DNA of 64,000 nucleotides from Mustelus asterias (Eukaryota): contig NW_027590175.1 in assembly GCF_964213995.1 (NCBI RefSeq), positions 744,001-808,000 of the forward strand. The letters are read 5' to 3'. This document shows, piece after piece, positions 12,991 to 26,685 of this stretch. The notes under the pieces were generated by a model. It was not told the DNA's origin, did not search any database, and worked only from the letters and a program-made list of their open reading frames with translations. Position numbers and translations under genes: made by a program. Position 1 is the first letter of the stretch. Every line of letters begins with the position of its first letter.

Positions 12991-14054
12991 CGTCTCTCCA
13001 AATTTCATGGAGATTGAACCAGCTTCTTTATTAGACAGTAAATTTACCCTGTGTCAGCTTCTATTATATAAGGTCATGCCTCGGTTTATGTTGCACGAGA
13101 CCCTATCTCTACACATATTAAACGAGATGCTTTCTCTGACTATACTAAATTAGACCTTGTCCTTGTTTATATCATGCATCAACATGTTTCAGTTTATATC
13201 AAACTAGACGCTGTATCGGTTTGTATTAATTTAGACCTGTCTGTTTGTATTAAACTAGATGGAGTCTTATTTCTGCACTTGACCCTATCCACGTTTATAT
13301 TGCATTGGACATGGTCTCAGTTTTTACTGCACTGGACAATGCCAGTAATGAGGAAAGTTTTAGGGGGACACAATTCTCTGCATCCTCTTAAACAAGGAAA
13401 AGAAGCAGTGTTATCTGAAATCTACTTCTGCTGACTGCATTGAGAATGGTTACTAAGACCTGTATAGCATGCACTGTCAACACAGATCAAAGAACAAGAA
13501 AAGTTACTGCAGAGGAACAGGCCCTTCGGCACTGGAACCCCGCACCGACCAAATACTGTCGATCCAATACTGCCTGTTTCAGAATCCTGCCAGAGACCAC
13601 TGTTTTTCATCCAACATAATATCTCTTCTTCTCGTAGAACCGCGGAGAAATGCAGACATCATTCAAATAGAGGCAAAGTTAAGCACAGGCATAACACTAA
13701 TACAGTCTAGTGAAATATGTACAGGGTCAGGATCAAATATTACTGAACCAGAGAGTATGGCTAGTGCAATATAAACTGATTTCTAGTCTAGCAGTGTATT
13801 AACAGAGACAGACTCTAATTTAACATAAACCCTGATCCAGCAAAATAGAAATGGGTTTCTTTCCGAGTGCCATGTGGGGATGGTCAAAGGCCAAATGCTG
13901 ATCTTTTCAGTGACACCCACATCCCATGAAACAAACATTACAAATATATATGACAATGTCGAGGAAAATAAAACTGAGACAGTGTCTAGTGCAGTTTTAC
14001 TGGACATAGGAGCTTATGCATATAAACTGAGACAGAGCCCGGTAATTAATGATA

Positions 14055-16362
14055 CCATAAGACCATAAGACCATAAGACATAGGAGCGGAAGTAAGGCCA
14101 TTCGGCCCATCGAGTCCACTCCACCATTCAATCATGGTTGATTTCAACTCCATTTACCCGCTCTCTCCCCATAGCCCTTAATTCCTCGAGAAATCAAGAA
14201 TTTATCAATTTCTGTCTTGAAGACGCTCAACGTCTCGGCCTCCACAGCCCTCTGTGGCAATGAATTCCACAGACCCACCACTCTCTGGCTGAAGAAATTT
14301 CTCCTCATCTCTGTTCTAAAGTGACTCCCTTTTATTCTAAGGCTGTGCCCCCGCGTCCTAGTCTCCCCTGTTAATGGAAACAACTTCCCTACGTCCATCC
14401 TATCTAAGCCGTTCATTATCTTGTAAGTTTCTATCAGATCTCCCCTCAACCTCCTAAACTCCAATGAATATAATCCCACGATCCTCAGACGTTCATCGTA
14501 TGTCAGGCCTACCATTCCTGGGATCATCCGTGTGAATCTCCGCTGGACCCGCTCCAGTGCCAGTATGTCCTTCCTGAGGTGTGGGGCCCAAAATTGCTCA
14601 CAGTACTCCAAATGGGGCCTAACCAGTGCTTTATAAAGCCTCAGAAGTACATCCCTGCTTTTGTATTCCAAGCCTCTTGAGATAAATGACAACATTACAT
14701 TTGCTTTCTTAATTACGGACTCAACCTGCAAGTTTACCTTTAGAGAATCCTGGACTAGGACTCCCAAGTCCCTTTGCACTTTAGCATTATGAATTTTGTC
14801 ACCGTTTAGAAAATAGTCCATGCCTCTATTCTTTTTTCCAAAGTGTACGACCTCGCACTTACCCACGTTGAATTTCATCAGCCACTTCTTGGACCACTCT
14901 CCTAAACTGTCTAAATCTTTCTGCAGCCTCCCCACCTCCTCAATACTACCTGCCCCTCCACCTATCTTTGTATCATCGGCAAACCTGGCCAGAATGCTCC
15001 CAGTCCCGTCATCTAGATCGTTAATATATAAAGAGAACAGCTGTGGCCCCAACACTGAACCCTGCGGGACACCACTTGTCACCGGTTGCCATTCTGAGAA
15101 AGAACCTTTTATCCCAACTCTCTGCCTTCTGTCTGACAGCCAATCGTCAATCCATGTTAGTACCTTGCCTCGAATACCATGGGCCCTTATTTTACTCAGC
15201 AGTCTCCCGTGAGGCACCTTGTCAAAGGCCTTTTGGAAGTCAAGATAGATAACATCCATTGGCTCTCCTTGGTCTAACCTATTTGTTATCTCTTCAAAGA
15301 ACTCTAACAGGTTTGTCAGGCACGACCTCCCCTTACTAAATCCATGCTGACTTGTCTTAATCCGACCCTGCACTTCCAAGAATTTAGAAATCTCATCCTT
15401 AACGATGGATTCTAGAATTTTGCCAACAACTGAGGTTAGGCTAATTGGCCTATAATTTTCCATCTTTTTTCTTGTTCCCTTCTTGAACAGTGGGGTTACA
15501 ACAGCGATTTTCCAATCCTCTGGGACTTTCCCTGACTCCAGTGACTTTTGAAAGATCATAACTAACGCCTCCACTATTTCTTCAGCTATCTCCTTTAGAA
15601 CTCTAGGATGTAGCCCATCTGGGCCCGGAGATTTATCAATTTTCAGACCTTTTAGTTTCTCTAGCACTTTCTCCTTTGTGATGGCAACCATATTCAACTC
15701 TGCCCCCTGACTTTCCTGAATTGTTGGGATATTACTCATGTCTTCTACTGTGAAGACTGACGCAAAGTACGTATTAAGTTCCTCAGCTATTTCCTTGTCT
15801 CCCATCACTAGATTACCAGCGTCATTTTGGAGCGGCCCAATGTCTACTTTTGCCTCCCGTTTGTTTTTAATGTATTTAAAGAAACTTTTACTATCATTCC
15901 TAATGTTACTGGCTAGCCTACCTTCATATTTGATCCTCTCCTTCCTTATTTCTCTCTTTGTTATCCTCTGTTTGTTTTTATAGCCTTCCCAATCTTCTGA
16001 CTTCCCACTACTCTTTGCCACATTATAGGCTCTCACTTTTGCCTTGATGCATTCCCTGACTTCCTTTGTCAGCCATGGCTGCCTAATCCCCCCTCTGATA
16101 ACCTTTCTTTTGTTTGGGATGAACCTCTGCACTGTGTCCTCAATTACTCCCAGAAACTCCTGCCATTGCTGTTCTACTGTCTTTCCCATTAGGCTCTGCT
16201 TCCAGTCGATTTTTGTCAGTTCCTCCCTCATGCGCCTGTAATTACCTTTATTTAACTGTAGAACCTTCACATCTGATTCTGCCTTCCTTCTTTCAAATTG
16301 CAGACTGAATTCTACCATATTATGATCACTGCTTCCTAAGTGTTCCCTTACTTTAAGATCTT
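14055..16362 (-). mobile_element. Young 5'-truncated CR1 LINE with uninterrupted 724-codon RT ORF (14144-16318)
   Basis: [35 protein letters not shown]; (accataag)n tail at 14055-14080; empty site at ~29688. Confidence 0.95.
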
Positions 16363-16379
16363 ACAGGACCTAAATGTCT

Positions 16380-16580
16380 TTAGAGTGAGACAGAGTCAAG
16401 TGCATTAGTAATAATTACTAATAGATACAGGACAGTGACAGATGTAAACTGAGACAGAGTCCAGTGTATTAGTAATGATTACTGATACAGCACCTAGACT
16501 GATGTAAACTGAGACAGAGCCCAGTTTATTTGTAATAATTACTGGTACAGGGCCTAGACTGATACACACAGAGATACGGA
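16380..16580. repeat. 60-bp period tandem repeat (gatgtaaactgagacagag...actgatacag); paralog at 29650-29900
   Basis: Sequence lines at 16441 and 16501 are near-identical at a 60-nt offset. Confidence 0.75.
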
Positions 16581-18632
16581 CAATGCAGCAATTAGGAGGT
16601 ATTGCAAAATGCAATTATAGCTCAGACGTGATATAGTCTGAAATAAATAAATACATGGACTGGTGCAGCATTAACGCAAACAGGATCTAGTTTATCAAAA
16701 TCTAATGAACTATTAGCAAAATAACTGTGACAGAACCATGTGTCATGCATGAAGCAGTTGCTCCAGTTTAGTATGCAGTGGCAAATGTTCTGAGGCAGTA
16801 AGAATTGAGACACGGCCTCTTGTCGGATCAGCAGAAGCATGGCTCAGTACAGCCATAACTTAGAAATTATAATATAAACAGGGCCTGTGTCTCATATACG
16901 AACACCTGATATTGAGCCAAGTGCAGGACAAAGCTTAGACATGACCTCCTGGAATATGATCCAGGCGCAGCCTACTGTAATATAGACAGACGCAGAAGCT
17001 AGCTGAATATAGGCAGAGATATGGTATGTTTAAAATTGTTTCATGTGATTTTGATGTCACTGGGAAAGTCAGCTTTTGTTGTCAAACCATGATTTCCTTT
17101 GAGAATATGGTGGCAGGCTTTGGGAAGCTGGTGGGTGGGGTGTTTTTCGAGCCAGCTACTTTCTCCAGAATGACATTGAGCTTTTGAGTGGCACAAGTCA
17201 GGCAAGTAGAGAATATTCAATCATTTGTGTCGGCACATATTTGGTGGGCCGAAGAGCCTGTTCCTGTGCTTTACTGTTCTGTGATATTTGTTCATACTCC
17301 TGCCTTTTGCCTTGTAGATGATGGATAGGAGTTTGGAATTCAGGAGGTGCGTTGTTCACAGCAGAACTCCGAGCGTCTGACCTGCTCCTGTGGCCACATG
17401 ATTTAAACGTCTGTCTTCGTTCAGATTTTCACGAATTATAATTCCCAGGATGTTGATAATGGGCGAATTCAGCGATGGGTAATGCCATTTAATGTCATGG
17501 GGAGTGGTTTGGAATCTCCCTCATTGGAGACTGTCATTGCCTGCCACTTGTGGTCCATTAATGTTCCTTGTCATTCATTATCCAAAGACGGAATGTTTTC
17601 TAAGTCTTACTGCATATGGACACAGACTGTGTCAGTAACTGAGGAGTCGCAACTGGTGCGGAACTTTGTGCAATCATCAGTGAAAATCCCACTTCTGAAC
17701 TTTGATGAAGGCTGAAGCTTGGGGCTAGGTCACTAACCTGAAGAATTCCTGCAGCAATGCGTGTGACTGGCATGATTGACCATCAACAACCATCTTCCTT
17801 TGTGCTCAGCATGACTCAGGCAGTGGACTCTGTTCCCCCTGATTCCCATTGACTGCAGTTTCGCTCGGGCTCCTTGATGCCACAAACGGTCAGACGCTGT
17901 GTCCATGTCAAGGGCAGGCACTCTCTATTCACCTTTTTAATTTATGTTTTTAAATCTATATTTGGACTATTTCCAAATCATTTCTGGAATCGAGTGCTCC
18001 GTGCGGGACCCAAATTGAGCATCTTGGTGTGTGTGTGTGTGTTATGTGAAATACATCGTGTTTTATACAAATTAATTCCACAATGATCACTTGCATCCTT
18101 CCATTTACACTACATGATGGACACACAATAAACACATCCAATTCAGATTGGCTTCCTTTACATATGTCACCTTTTCTAATGATTGAGGAGGCCAATTTTT
18201 GAAAAGTTAGTTCTGCCACAAGTGCTGCCCATGAAGCTACCATTCGTCATTGTGTGTTATCGTTTTTGTATCATGAATGGATATTAGGAGCTTTGGTGTA
18301 GAGCCAGTTATCACCAAAATCCTGTATTCCTTGCCCTGCTGACGGTGTTGAATGACTTCGCGAGATTGGCCGAAGTACGTTAAAGATATGGACACATATG
18401 GAACATGGAGAAGTTGTTGGCTGGAGTAAATGTTCCAACACAGTCACTACACTGCACATCAGGAACACCCGGTCTGCAAGCAGATGATGTATTTCAAGTG
18501 TGACCCCAGCAAAGATCTTACCCGTGATGTTATGACTGAGATATGTTGGTAGTTGTAATAGTCTCTTCCATCGGTTTACTTTGCAAAAAGTGTGATGAAT
18601 TTGAATCATGCCTGTCTTATGGAATGATGGGT

Positions 18633-18940
18633 GCCATGGTGGCACAGTGGTTAGCTCTGTTGCCTCACAGTGCCAGGGCCACTGGTTTGGTTCCGGCTTG
18701 GGTCAGTGTCTGTGCGGAGTCTGTACTTTCTCCCCGTTTATGCGTGGATTTCTTCTGGGTGGTCCAGTTTCCTGCACAGTCCGAAAAGGCATGCTGGTAA
18801 TGTGTACTGGCCAGGATAAATTCTCCCTCAGTGTACCCGAACAGAAGCTACAGTGTGGCGACTCAGGGATTTTACAGTGACTTCATTGCAGTGTTAATGT
18901 AAGCCTACTTGCGACATTAATAAATGAACTACAAACCTTA
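18633..18940 (+). mobile_element. tRNA-derived SINE (variant 3' end); paralog at 31895-32197
   Basis: ggtggcacagtggttagc head; shared by both duplicated units. Confidence 0.8.
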
Positions 18941-19114
18941 AATCTTCCAGCAAATAAGGAGAATGTCATAAATGTTCAGAAAGATAGTAATTATTTTCAC
19001 CAATGACCATCCATTCGCAATTTAATAAATGCATTCACCAATTCTCATTCATTCACAAAGGTTAGTCTATTTAAAATTACTTGATGGAAGGTGGGCGACT
19101 GTCTAAGCTATAAT

Positions 19115-19538
19115 TTAATAGAGTCAAAGTTTCGAGTCGGGATGACCCTTTTTTTTATTTGGGGGAAATTGAAGAGGGTGATGACATTGGGAAATGATGA
19201 GGTGGAAAGGGATTAGGATATAGTTAGCGATTGAGATGTTGATTAGGTTAGTTAGCATGGAGAAGTTGATGATTTTTGGGATCGGTATGTAAATTGATGA
19301 AACTTGTGTGTGGCTCGAAATAGTGCATATAATTAAACAGTATCTATTTGAACTATTCCCATTTCACAGGAAAGTTATGCAGCTTGTCTGACACCTTGTT
19401 AGAAACAATGATGATCTCTCCAACGCATCAGGAATACTCTGCCGAAGCGTCATCCAGACTCGAAACGTTGGCTCTATTCTGTCTCCACAGATGCTGTCAG
19501 ACCTGCTGAGATTTTCCAGCATTTTCTGTTTGTTTCCA
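19115..19538. mobile_element. Penelope-like fold-back element with internal captured sequence; paralog at 32658-33188
   Basis: Inverted arms ...tttcgagtcgggatgacc / ...gtcatccagactcgaaacgttgg. Confidence 0.65.
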
Positions 19539-20657
19539 GTATTTCCTTCTATACAACTTTGCTTTGAATAATTTATTGATATTAACATTTATTGACACCT
19601 TTTGGTCACCAAGAATAAAATCTGTCCCAGAATTCAGTTGGAAATTGAATGAATACAGACCGAGGATCATGAGTAGCTACCCAGCAGACTCTGCGCTTTA
19701 AACTCCTGAATCATAACTGGTGTGATGATTTCCAAAGTAATCATACAAATTAAGCCACCTGCACCAAATATGATTTTACTGAATCTTTAAATCCCGATTC
19801 ATTATTACACAGTTTTGGGAAATAATGTAACACTTGTAGTTATCCAGTGAGTTTCACAATATATCTGTTGCCACATTATTTATTTTACAGCTTGTTACCT
19901 TCACTAATTTGGGTGAGGGCATGGTGAGTGATTCGCTGCACATGTTTCAAATATTACAATCCTCCCTCCTCAGCCAAATCATGTTCCCTCTTTCGATCTT
20001 GGATATGAATATTCAGCATCAGCAGAGAAATGAACCATCCGTGCTGCAGGAAAATCCCCTCTTCTTTTCGTGAGGATCAGCTTGCTAGCTCCCTAGAAAC
20101 TAGGGTTGGATTTCTCCCAGAACCTCTGGAAGTATTGACGTTATTAGACTGACAGAAATGGGATAAAGGAGCTGTTTCAATTTATGGACCAGTCAAGTAC
20201 AAATATGGGAATGTAGAACAACATCTTTCAGTACCATTTAACAATGCATCCATCAATCCATTCACTGATTCCTCAATCAAAATATTCAGGCATCCAACTG
20301 TCATTCGTCCAACTATCATTCATTCAACTGTCATTCATTCCTGCATCAAGACAGTCATTCATTTATTGTTTGCGCAGATGGTGACGTAATATCAATTTAA
20401 TTGGCCCAGTGATCCGGAGACCCAGGACAATGATGTGGGGACAGGGATTTAAATCGGAGCATTGCAGCTGGTGGAATTTGAATTCAATTAATAAATATGG
20501 AATACATTCTAATGGCCATGCTAAATTGCCCCTTAGTATCCAAAGGTGTTCAGATTAGGTGGATTGGTCATGGTAAATGTGTGGGGCTATGGGACATGGG
20601 TAGGGGAAAGGGTTTGGCTCAGATACTCTGTCAGAGATTCGGTGCAGACTCGATGGG

Positions 20658-23600
20658 CAATTTCTGAGAGGTTGATTCAACGGCAAGTGTTGCCCATGAA
20701 GCTATTAGTTGTGGTTGTATATTGTCGTTTTCTGTGTCATGAATGAGACCGAGGAATTTTTGTTGGAGAGCCTAGTTCCCCCAAATCTTGTAGTCTCTGC
20801 TCTGATGCTAGTGTCGAATGTCTTATTTAGATTCAGGAAGGTATGGTTATGATACGTATATCTTCCAACACAAACACAACACTGTGCTTCAGGTTAATCC
20901 CGGTCTTCAAGCAGATGAGTAACAAAATTGTCATCCTATCAAAGGCCTTTCCCATGATGCTATGATTGAGATACAGCTGCAGATGTTGCCGCCTCTTCTG
21001 TCGACCTTGTCTTCGGATAGTGTGATGCTTTTGAATGATGAGTCTCCTGTGGAACGGAACCTATCTTCTGGCAGAGAAAGAGAAGGTAATAAATGTTCAG
21101 AAAGTTGGTATTTATTTTCACCAATTGCCATCCACACTGTGCTGTTGCAGAGGGACTTCTAGGATTTCGATCCAGCGATAGTGAAGGAAGGACGATATAT
21201 TTCCAAGTCAGGTATATGACTGACTTGGAGGGGAATTTATAGGTGATATTCCCTGGTAATTGTTACCCCTGTCCTTCCAGATGGTAGGTGTCGTGTGGTT
21301 GGAAGGTGTTGCGTAAGGAGTTTCGGTGAGTTTCGGAAGTGAAACTTGTAGATGGTACATAATGCTGCTCTCTGTGGTGGAGGGACTGAGCATTTGCAAA
21401 TGCTGTGCCAGTCCAGCCGGCTGCTTTGTCCTGAATGGTATGAAGATTCTTGAATACTGTTTGAGCTGCACTTACTCAAGCAAGTGGAGAGAACCCTTTT
21501 ACTCTCCTAACTTGTGTCGTGTAGGTGGTGCACAGGTTTGGGGAGTCAGGAGGTGGGTTACTCACAGCAGGCTGACCTGATATTCTAGCCGGAGCATTTA
21601 TATACCTAGTTAATGCAGCGATTATAATGCAGCAGATGGAGTATAACGTTGACAAGTGTGAGGTTATCCGCTTTGGAAGGAATAATAGTAAAATGGACTA
21701 TTATTTATATGGTGAAAAATTACAACATGCTACTGTGCAGAGGGACCTGGGGGTCGGTCCTTGTGCATGAATCGCAAAAACTCAATTTGCAGGTGCAGCA
21801 GGTGATCAAGAAGGCAAATGGAATGTTGGCCTTTATCGCGAAGGGGATGGAGTATAAAAGCAGGGAGGTCTTGCTGAAATTGTACAAGGTACTGGTGAGG
21901 CTGCAACTAGAGTACTGTGTGCAATTTTGGTCCCTTTATTTGCGGAAGGATATATTGGCTTTGGAGGGAGTACAGAGAAGGTTGACCAGGTTGATACCAG
22001 AGATGAGGGGGTTAGCTTATGAGGAGAGATTGTGTAGATCGGGCCTGTACTCGTTGGAGTTTAGAAGGCTGAGGGGAGATCTTATAGAGACATATAAGAT
22101 AATGAAGTGGCTAGACAGGGTAGAGGCAGAGAGATTCTTTCCACTTAGAAAGGAAACAAGAACGAGAGGACACAGCCTCAAAATAAGGGGGAGTCAGTTT
22201 AGAACAGAGTTGAGGGGGAACTTCTTTTCTCAGAGGGTAGTGAATCTCTGGAATTCTCTGCCCATTGAAGCAGTGGAGGCTACCTCGTTAAATATGTTGA
22301 AGTCACAGGTAGATAGATCTCTGATCAATAAGGGAATTAAGGGTTATGGGGAGCGGGCGGGTAAGTGGAACTAAACCACTATCAGATCAGCCATGGTCTT
22401 ATTGAATGGCGGGGCAGGCTCGAGGGGCTAGATGGCCTACTCCTGCTCCTATTTCTTATGTTCTTATGTTCTTATTAGCCAATGGTAACCCCGCCGATGT
22501 TTATAGTGGGTGATTCAGTATCATAATATCATTGAGTGACAAGGGGCAATGGGTAGGTTCTCCCTTTTTGGAGATGATCATTGCCTGGCGTCAATATTAC
22601 CAATAACCTTCAATTCACAAAAATAAATTAATATTTCACCAATTATTGTCAGTATTTTATTTGATGCAAATATAATTGCAGTTTATGAAACTGCAGATTC
22701 AAATGTATTGAGATAACATTGGCCTTTCTGTCACGAAAGAAACAAATCTGCCCCAGAATTCAGCGGGAAATTGAATTAAATCAGCCAAATAGTAGCAGCT
22801 ACCCAGCAGCCTCTGCGCTTTATTAACAAGTAATGACCTCATCATCACACAGAAACTCCTGATATATAACTGGAGTGTGTGACCATTTTAAAAATGACTG
22901 TAGAACTGAAAGTATCTGTATGTAATGTGAATTTATAGACGCTTAAAATCCCGATTCATTTTTAAAAGTTCTGGCAAGTAATTTAAAACTTCAAGCTGTC
23001 CAGTGAGTTTCACAATATTGTAGTTGCCACATCGTTTATTTTTTAGCGTATTATCTTCACTAAATTGGGTGATGATCTGTTGAGTGATTTTGTTGCACTA
23101 GGAAGGCCACATGTTCCAAATATTACAATCTTCCCTAATCAACCTAATCATGTTCCCTCTTTCCATCTTGCATTTGGAGATTCACCATCAGCAGGGGGGG
23201 AAATCAGACTACTCTTAGTGACGTTCAATTCATTTGTTCCGCATATCCCTGGGATGGAATTCACCCAGAAAATCTGGAAGGATTAAAGGTTGTGGACTGA
23301 CACAATTGTAATAAAGGACCAGCCTCGATTTTTGAAGTAGTAAAACACAAGTGTGCGTATGTGGAACAACAAATGTCAGGACCAGCTATCATCACATCCA
23401 TCAGTCCATTCACTGATTTCTCGATGAAAACATTCAGGCATCCAACTATCGTTCACCCCTGCATCAACACAAGCATTTATTTATTTCTTGTGTCGATGGT
23501 GGCGTAATATTAATGCCAGTGGAGCAGTAATCCAGAGGCCCAGGCCAGTGATGTGTGAACACGAGATTAAATCCGACCATGGCAGCTGGTGGAATTTGAA

Positions 23601-25067
23601 TTCAATCAATAAATCTGGATTCATATTTGCAGCGACCAGATTAACCACTCTGATTCCCCAGTCAAGGAAATCTGCCATCCATACTTAGTCTCACCAGGGT
23701 GTGACTCCAGACGGACAGCAGTATGCGTAACTGGGCAATGCCTTCTGAAATGTCCTAACACACCACTCAGTTCAAAATAAATTAAGCACAGGAAACAAAT
23801 GTTGGTCTTTCCAGAGACTCCCACGTCCCATGGAAGAAAAAAGTGAAATAAAACACAAGCATACATGTTTATGTATTATAAAATGTATCACCTCTCTGAA
23901 TCAACTCTCACAATCTGCCTGTGTTTATTTTTATCCATCGTTCACGGTATTTTGTTGTGTTGGAGAGATCATCATTGTTGCTAACAAGGCGCCAGAGAAG
24001 CTGGAAACTTTCTTTTCCAAAGAAATGGGAAGCATTCATATAGGTTTACAACTTAAACAATAATTAACTTGCCTCCAGTACTGTTGCTGGGCAGATTTGT
24101 TTATAAATAGGCCCCATTGACAATGCTAAGAGTTTGAAGTTGGCTTGCAGCCAAGCGCTCAGTGCTGAGGAAACAGATCTTTGAGTTTCTGAACAAACAC
24201 CCTCAGATGCTTCCTGTAAGTATCTTCGGGTATTTGGCAGCAGGTTGGACTGCTGCCAAATACTGCGTGGGACAGATTAACGTGAATCTGTAAGAATAAA
24301 ATGGGATTTAGCCAGTTATATAATAAATGTTTGATTCCCACAAGAAAGACACGTTTTAAGTGGTATTCTCAGCAAATATTTTAAATGAATGCACTGTTCA
24401 TTATGTGATTAAACAGTATCGGAAACTAGCAAATTGGCTAGGTGCTATTTCATTTGTATAACTTCCAAATAAATGTCGTTCCAACAATTAAATCCACGTT
24501 GTGAGCAACTTCATGAAGTGCACGAAAGAGATTTTGATGTCCCCAATCCCTCAGTCCAACGAGATCTGTGTAATGGCCCAAAATTAAAATAATTAAAAGT
24601 AAAAGAAAGTCATATAACTGCCTTGAACAGCGCGGATTCCTGGAATATTCTCAGTGTTCTACACCTCTTTAAAAAGACAACGTCAATTATACGTGATTGG
24701 CACCATGTTCTGTTGTGCAGCATAACCTGATTTCGATTATTTAACAGTCCCTCTCATAGCTGCCAATGAGTGAAGAAATGACCAGTTCATAACCTGGTTC
24801 AGTGGAAGATAAAACATTTACTCTTGTGATATTGTGCAAAATGCCGCAAAGTCCTGATATCCTGTGTTCCCACGACGAATGAATGTTAGACAGCGGTGGC
24901 CAATAAAATGAGCTGTAATGATTGGGATGCTGAAGGAGAACTTTCCTGATCGCCGTGTTGGTTCTGATTCATTAATTTCTCTGTCAAAATCGATTTCAAT
25001 TTTATGTATCTCTGTCAACTCAATTAATTATAAGTCAACCATGTTTCTTTCACTGTTAATTTTCACA
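20658..25067 (-). pseudogene. Endogenous rhabdovirus-like L relic, copy 3, with the best-preserved gene start
   Basis: TGTGAAAATT-AACAG (25067-25053), then ATG (25042-25040) and an acidic N-terminus (TEIHKIEIDFDREINESE); ALHEV (~24510), LLMVN (~23185), GNYNIVKL (~23015). Confidence 0.65.
21625..22473 (+). mobile_element. CR1 LINE 3' fragment
   Basis: ORF 21649-22374 (LEYCVQFW, TRGHSLK); ATTA duplicated at 21621 and 22474; empty site at ~2574. Confidence 0.92.
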
Positions 25068-26527
25068 GGGTTAAGGAGCTGTTGGGGAAATATGAGGTGT
25101 AACATTGTATCATATGAGGAGTTTCTTTTTTCAATTCATTCATGGACGGCACGGTGGCATAGTTGTTAGCACTGCTGCCGCACAACGCAAGGGACCCGGA
25201 TTCAATTCCCGGTTTGGATCTGCGTGGAGTCTCTGTCTGTGTGGAGTCTGCACGTCCTCCAATTGTCAGCCTATTTACTCACATGGTCCGAAGATGTGAC
25301 GCTTAGGTTGATTGGCGATGATAAATTCTTCCATGATGCCAAGGGAATTAGCAGCGAATATACGTGGGGTGATGGGGATAGGGCCTGAGTGGGAATGTTG
25401 TCGGTGCAGGCCTAATGGGCCAAATGGCCTCCTTCTGCTCTGTAGGGATTCTATGGACATGGATGCCGCTGGATGGTCAGCATTTATTGCCCACTCCTTG
25501 TCCGAGGGCAGTTGAGAGCCAACCACATTGCTGTGGCTCTGGAATGACATGTAGGCCAGCCAGGCAAGGACTGCAGATTTCCTTCTCGAAAGGACATTAC
25601 TGAAGACAATCGGCAACGATATCATGGTCATAAGTAGATTCCTAAGTCCAGACGTTTTCCTTGAATTTAAATTCCACCATCTGCCGTGGCGGGATTCGAA
25701 GCCAGATCCTGAGAACATTAGTTGAGTTTGTGGATTAATTGTATAGCGATAATAACACGAAGCCATTGCTTCCCTTTTTGCTTATATCCAGTCCCAAATT
25801 ACACGGATAGCTATCCACACCTGAAATACAATCATCCCAGCATGTAGTTCCATAAATCGTTAATAATTCCTTTAATGAATTATTATTTTGCTGCAATGTG
25901 TTAGAGACACAGAATTATTGCAAATCTGACTGACGTCTTTACCCTGATAAGATAATGTCACCTTGTTTATGTCTATTCCCTTGTGAAGAGGTGCAGAAAT
26001 GAAGGTATTTAATTTACAATGAAATTGTTTCTTTTATATAACAGATAATCAAATGCAATTTCACCCCTTGGACTTGCAGAGACATTACAATGGATCTCAA
26101 TCTTACTGCCTCAGTATTAATCTGTTTCTGGAATGTTCCAGTGTCAGCAATCAATTCACCGGGAGTAATCCTCGGTATTTTTGATAAATTTTATTTGATT
26201 TCATTTGATTTATTATTATCACACATATTACTACACAGTGAAAGTTATTGTTTCGTGTTCACTATATAGACAGAGCATACTGTACATAGGGAAGAAAGGG
26301 AGAGAGTATAGAATGTAATGTTACAGTCATAGCTAGGGTGTAGAAAAAGATCAACTTAATGCGAGGTTGGTCCATTCAAAAGTCTGAATGCAGCAGGAAA
26401 GAAACTGTTTTTGACTCGGTTTATAAATGTCCTCAAGCTTTTGCATCATCGCGATGGAAAAAGGCGAGAGAGTATGTCCGGGGTGCGTGGCATTGTTTTT
26501 ACATGTTTTTCTTTCATATTTGTAAAA

Positions 26528-26684
26528 GTGTCTAATCAGACATTGTGTTGGCTCAGCCAGAGGCAGAAACCGGGCGTCCCTGAGGCTCCCTGAGACTGAC
26601 CTGGAAAGCCATTGCGTGGCTTTACCCATGGCAGCAACTGGGTGTCTGGGTCAGACAGGTCCCTGGACAGTGTTTGTTGTATCT
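26528..26684 (+). pseudogene. IGHV: IgM-type VH pseudogene 2 (FR1-FR2 only; TGA at 26581-26583)
   Basis: [23 protein letters not shown]...VRQVPGQ; shares its lesions with pseudo-VH1. Confidence 0.9.
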
Positions 26685-26685
26685 T

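Larger units (their letters stand above)
10015..20400 (-). pseudogene. Endogenous rhabdovirus-like L relic, copy 2 (reaches RdRp motif C), split by satellite, CR1 and SINEs
   Basis: In order on - strand: IQFPTEFWDR (19621-19650), GIQDFGDNW (18304-18330), EDDEL..KEKDRE (~11840-11910), MDYFLI (~11764-11781), KPSLI (~11500), LARGENK (11186-11206). Confidence 0.7.

Noticed and set aside
16380-16580. Regularly spaced repeats resembling a CRISPR array
   Set aside because: Vertebrate tandem repeat with no unique spacers and no cas genes
21060-21090. Strong-looking minus-strand splice acceptor suggesting a host exon
   Set aside because: Not conserved in paralogous copies; falls within the continuous L-like relic
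24495-24525. HEVAH as a HExxH metalloprotease motif
   Set aside because: Not conserved in the paralog (HEVVN); better explained as the LHEV segment of the L relic
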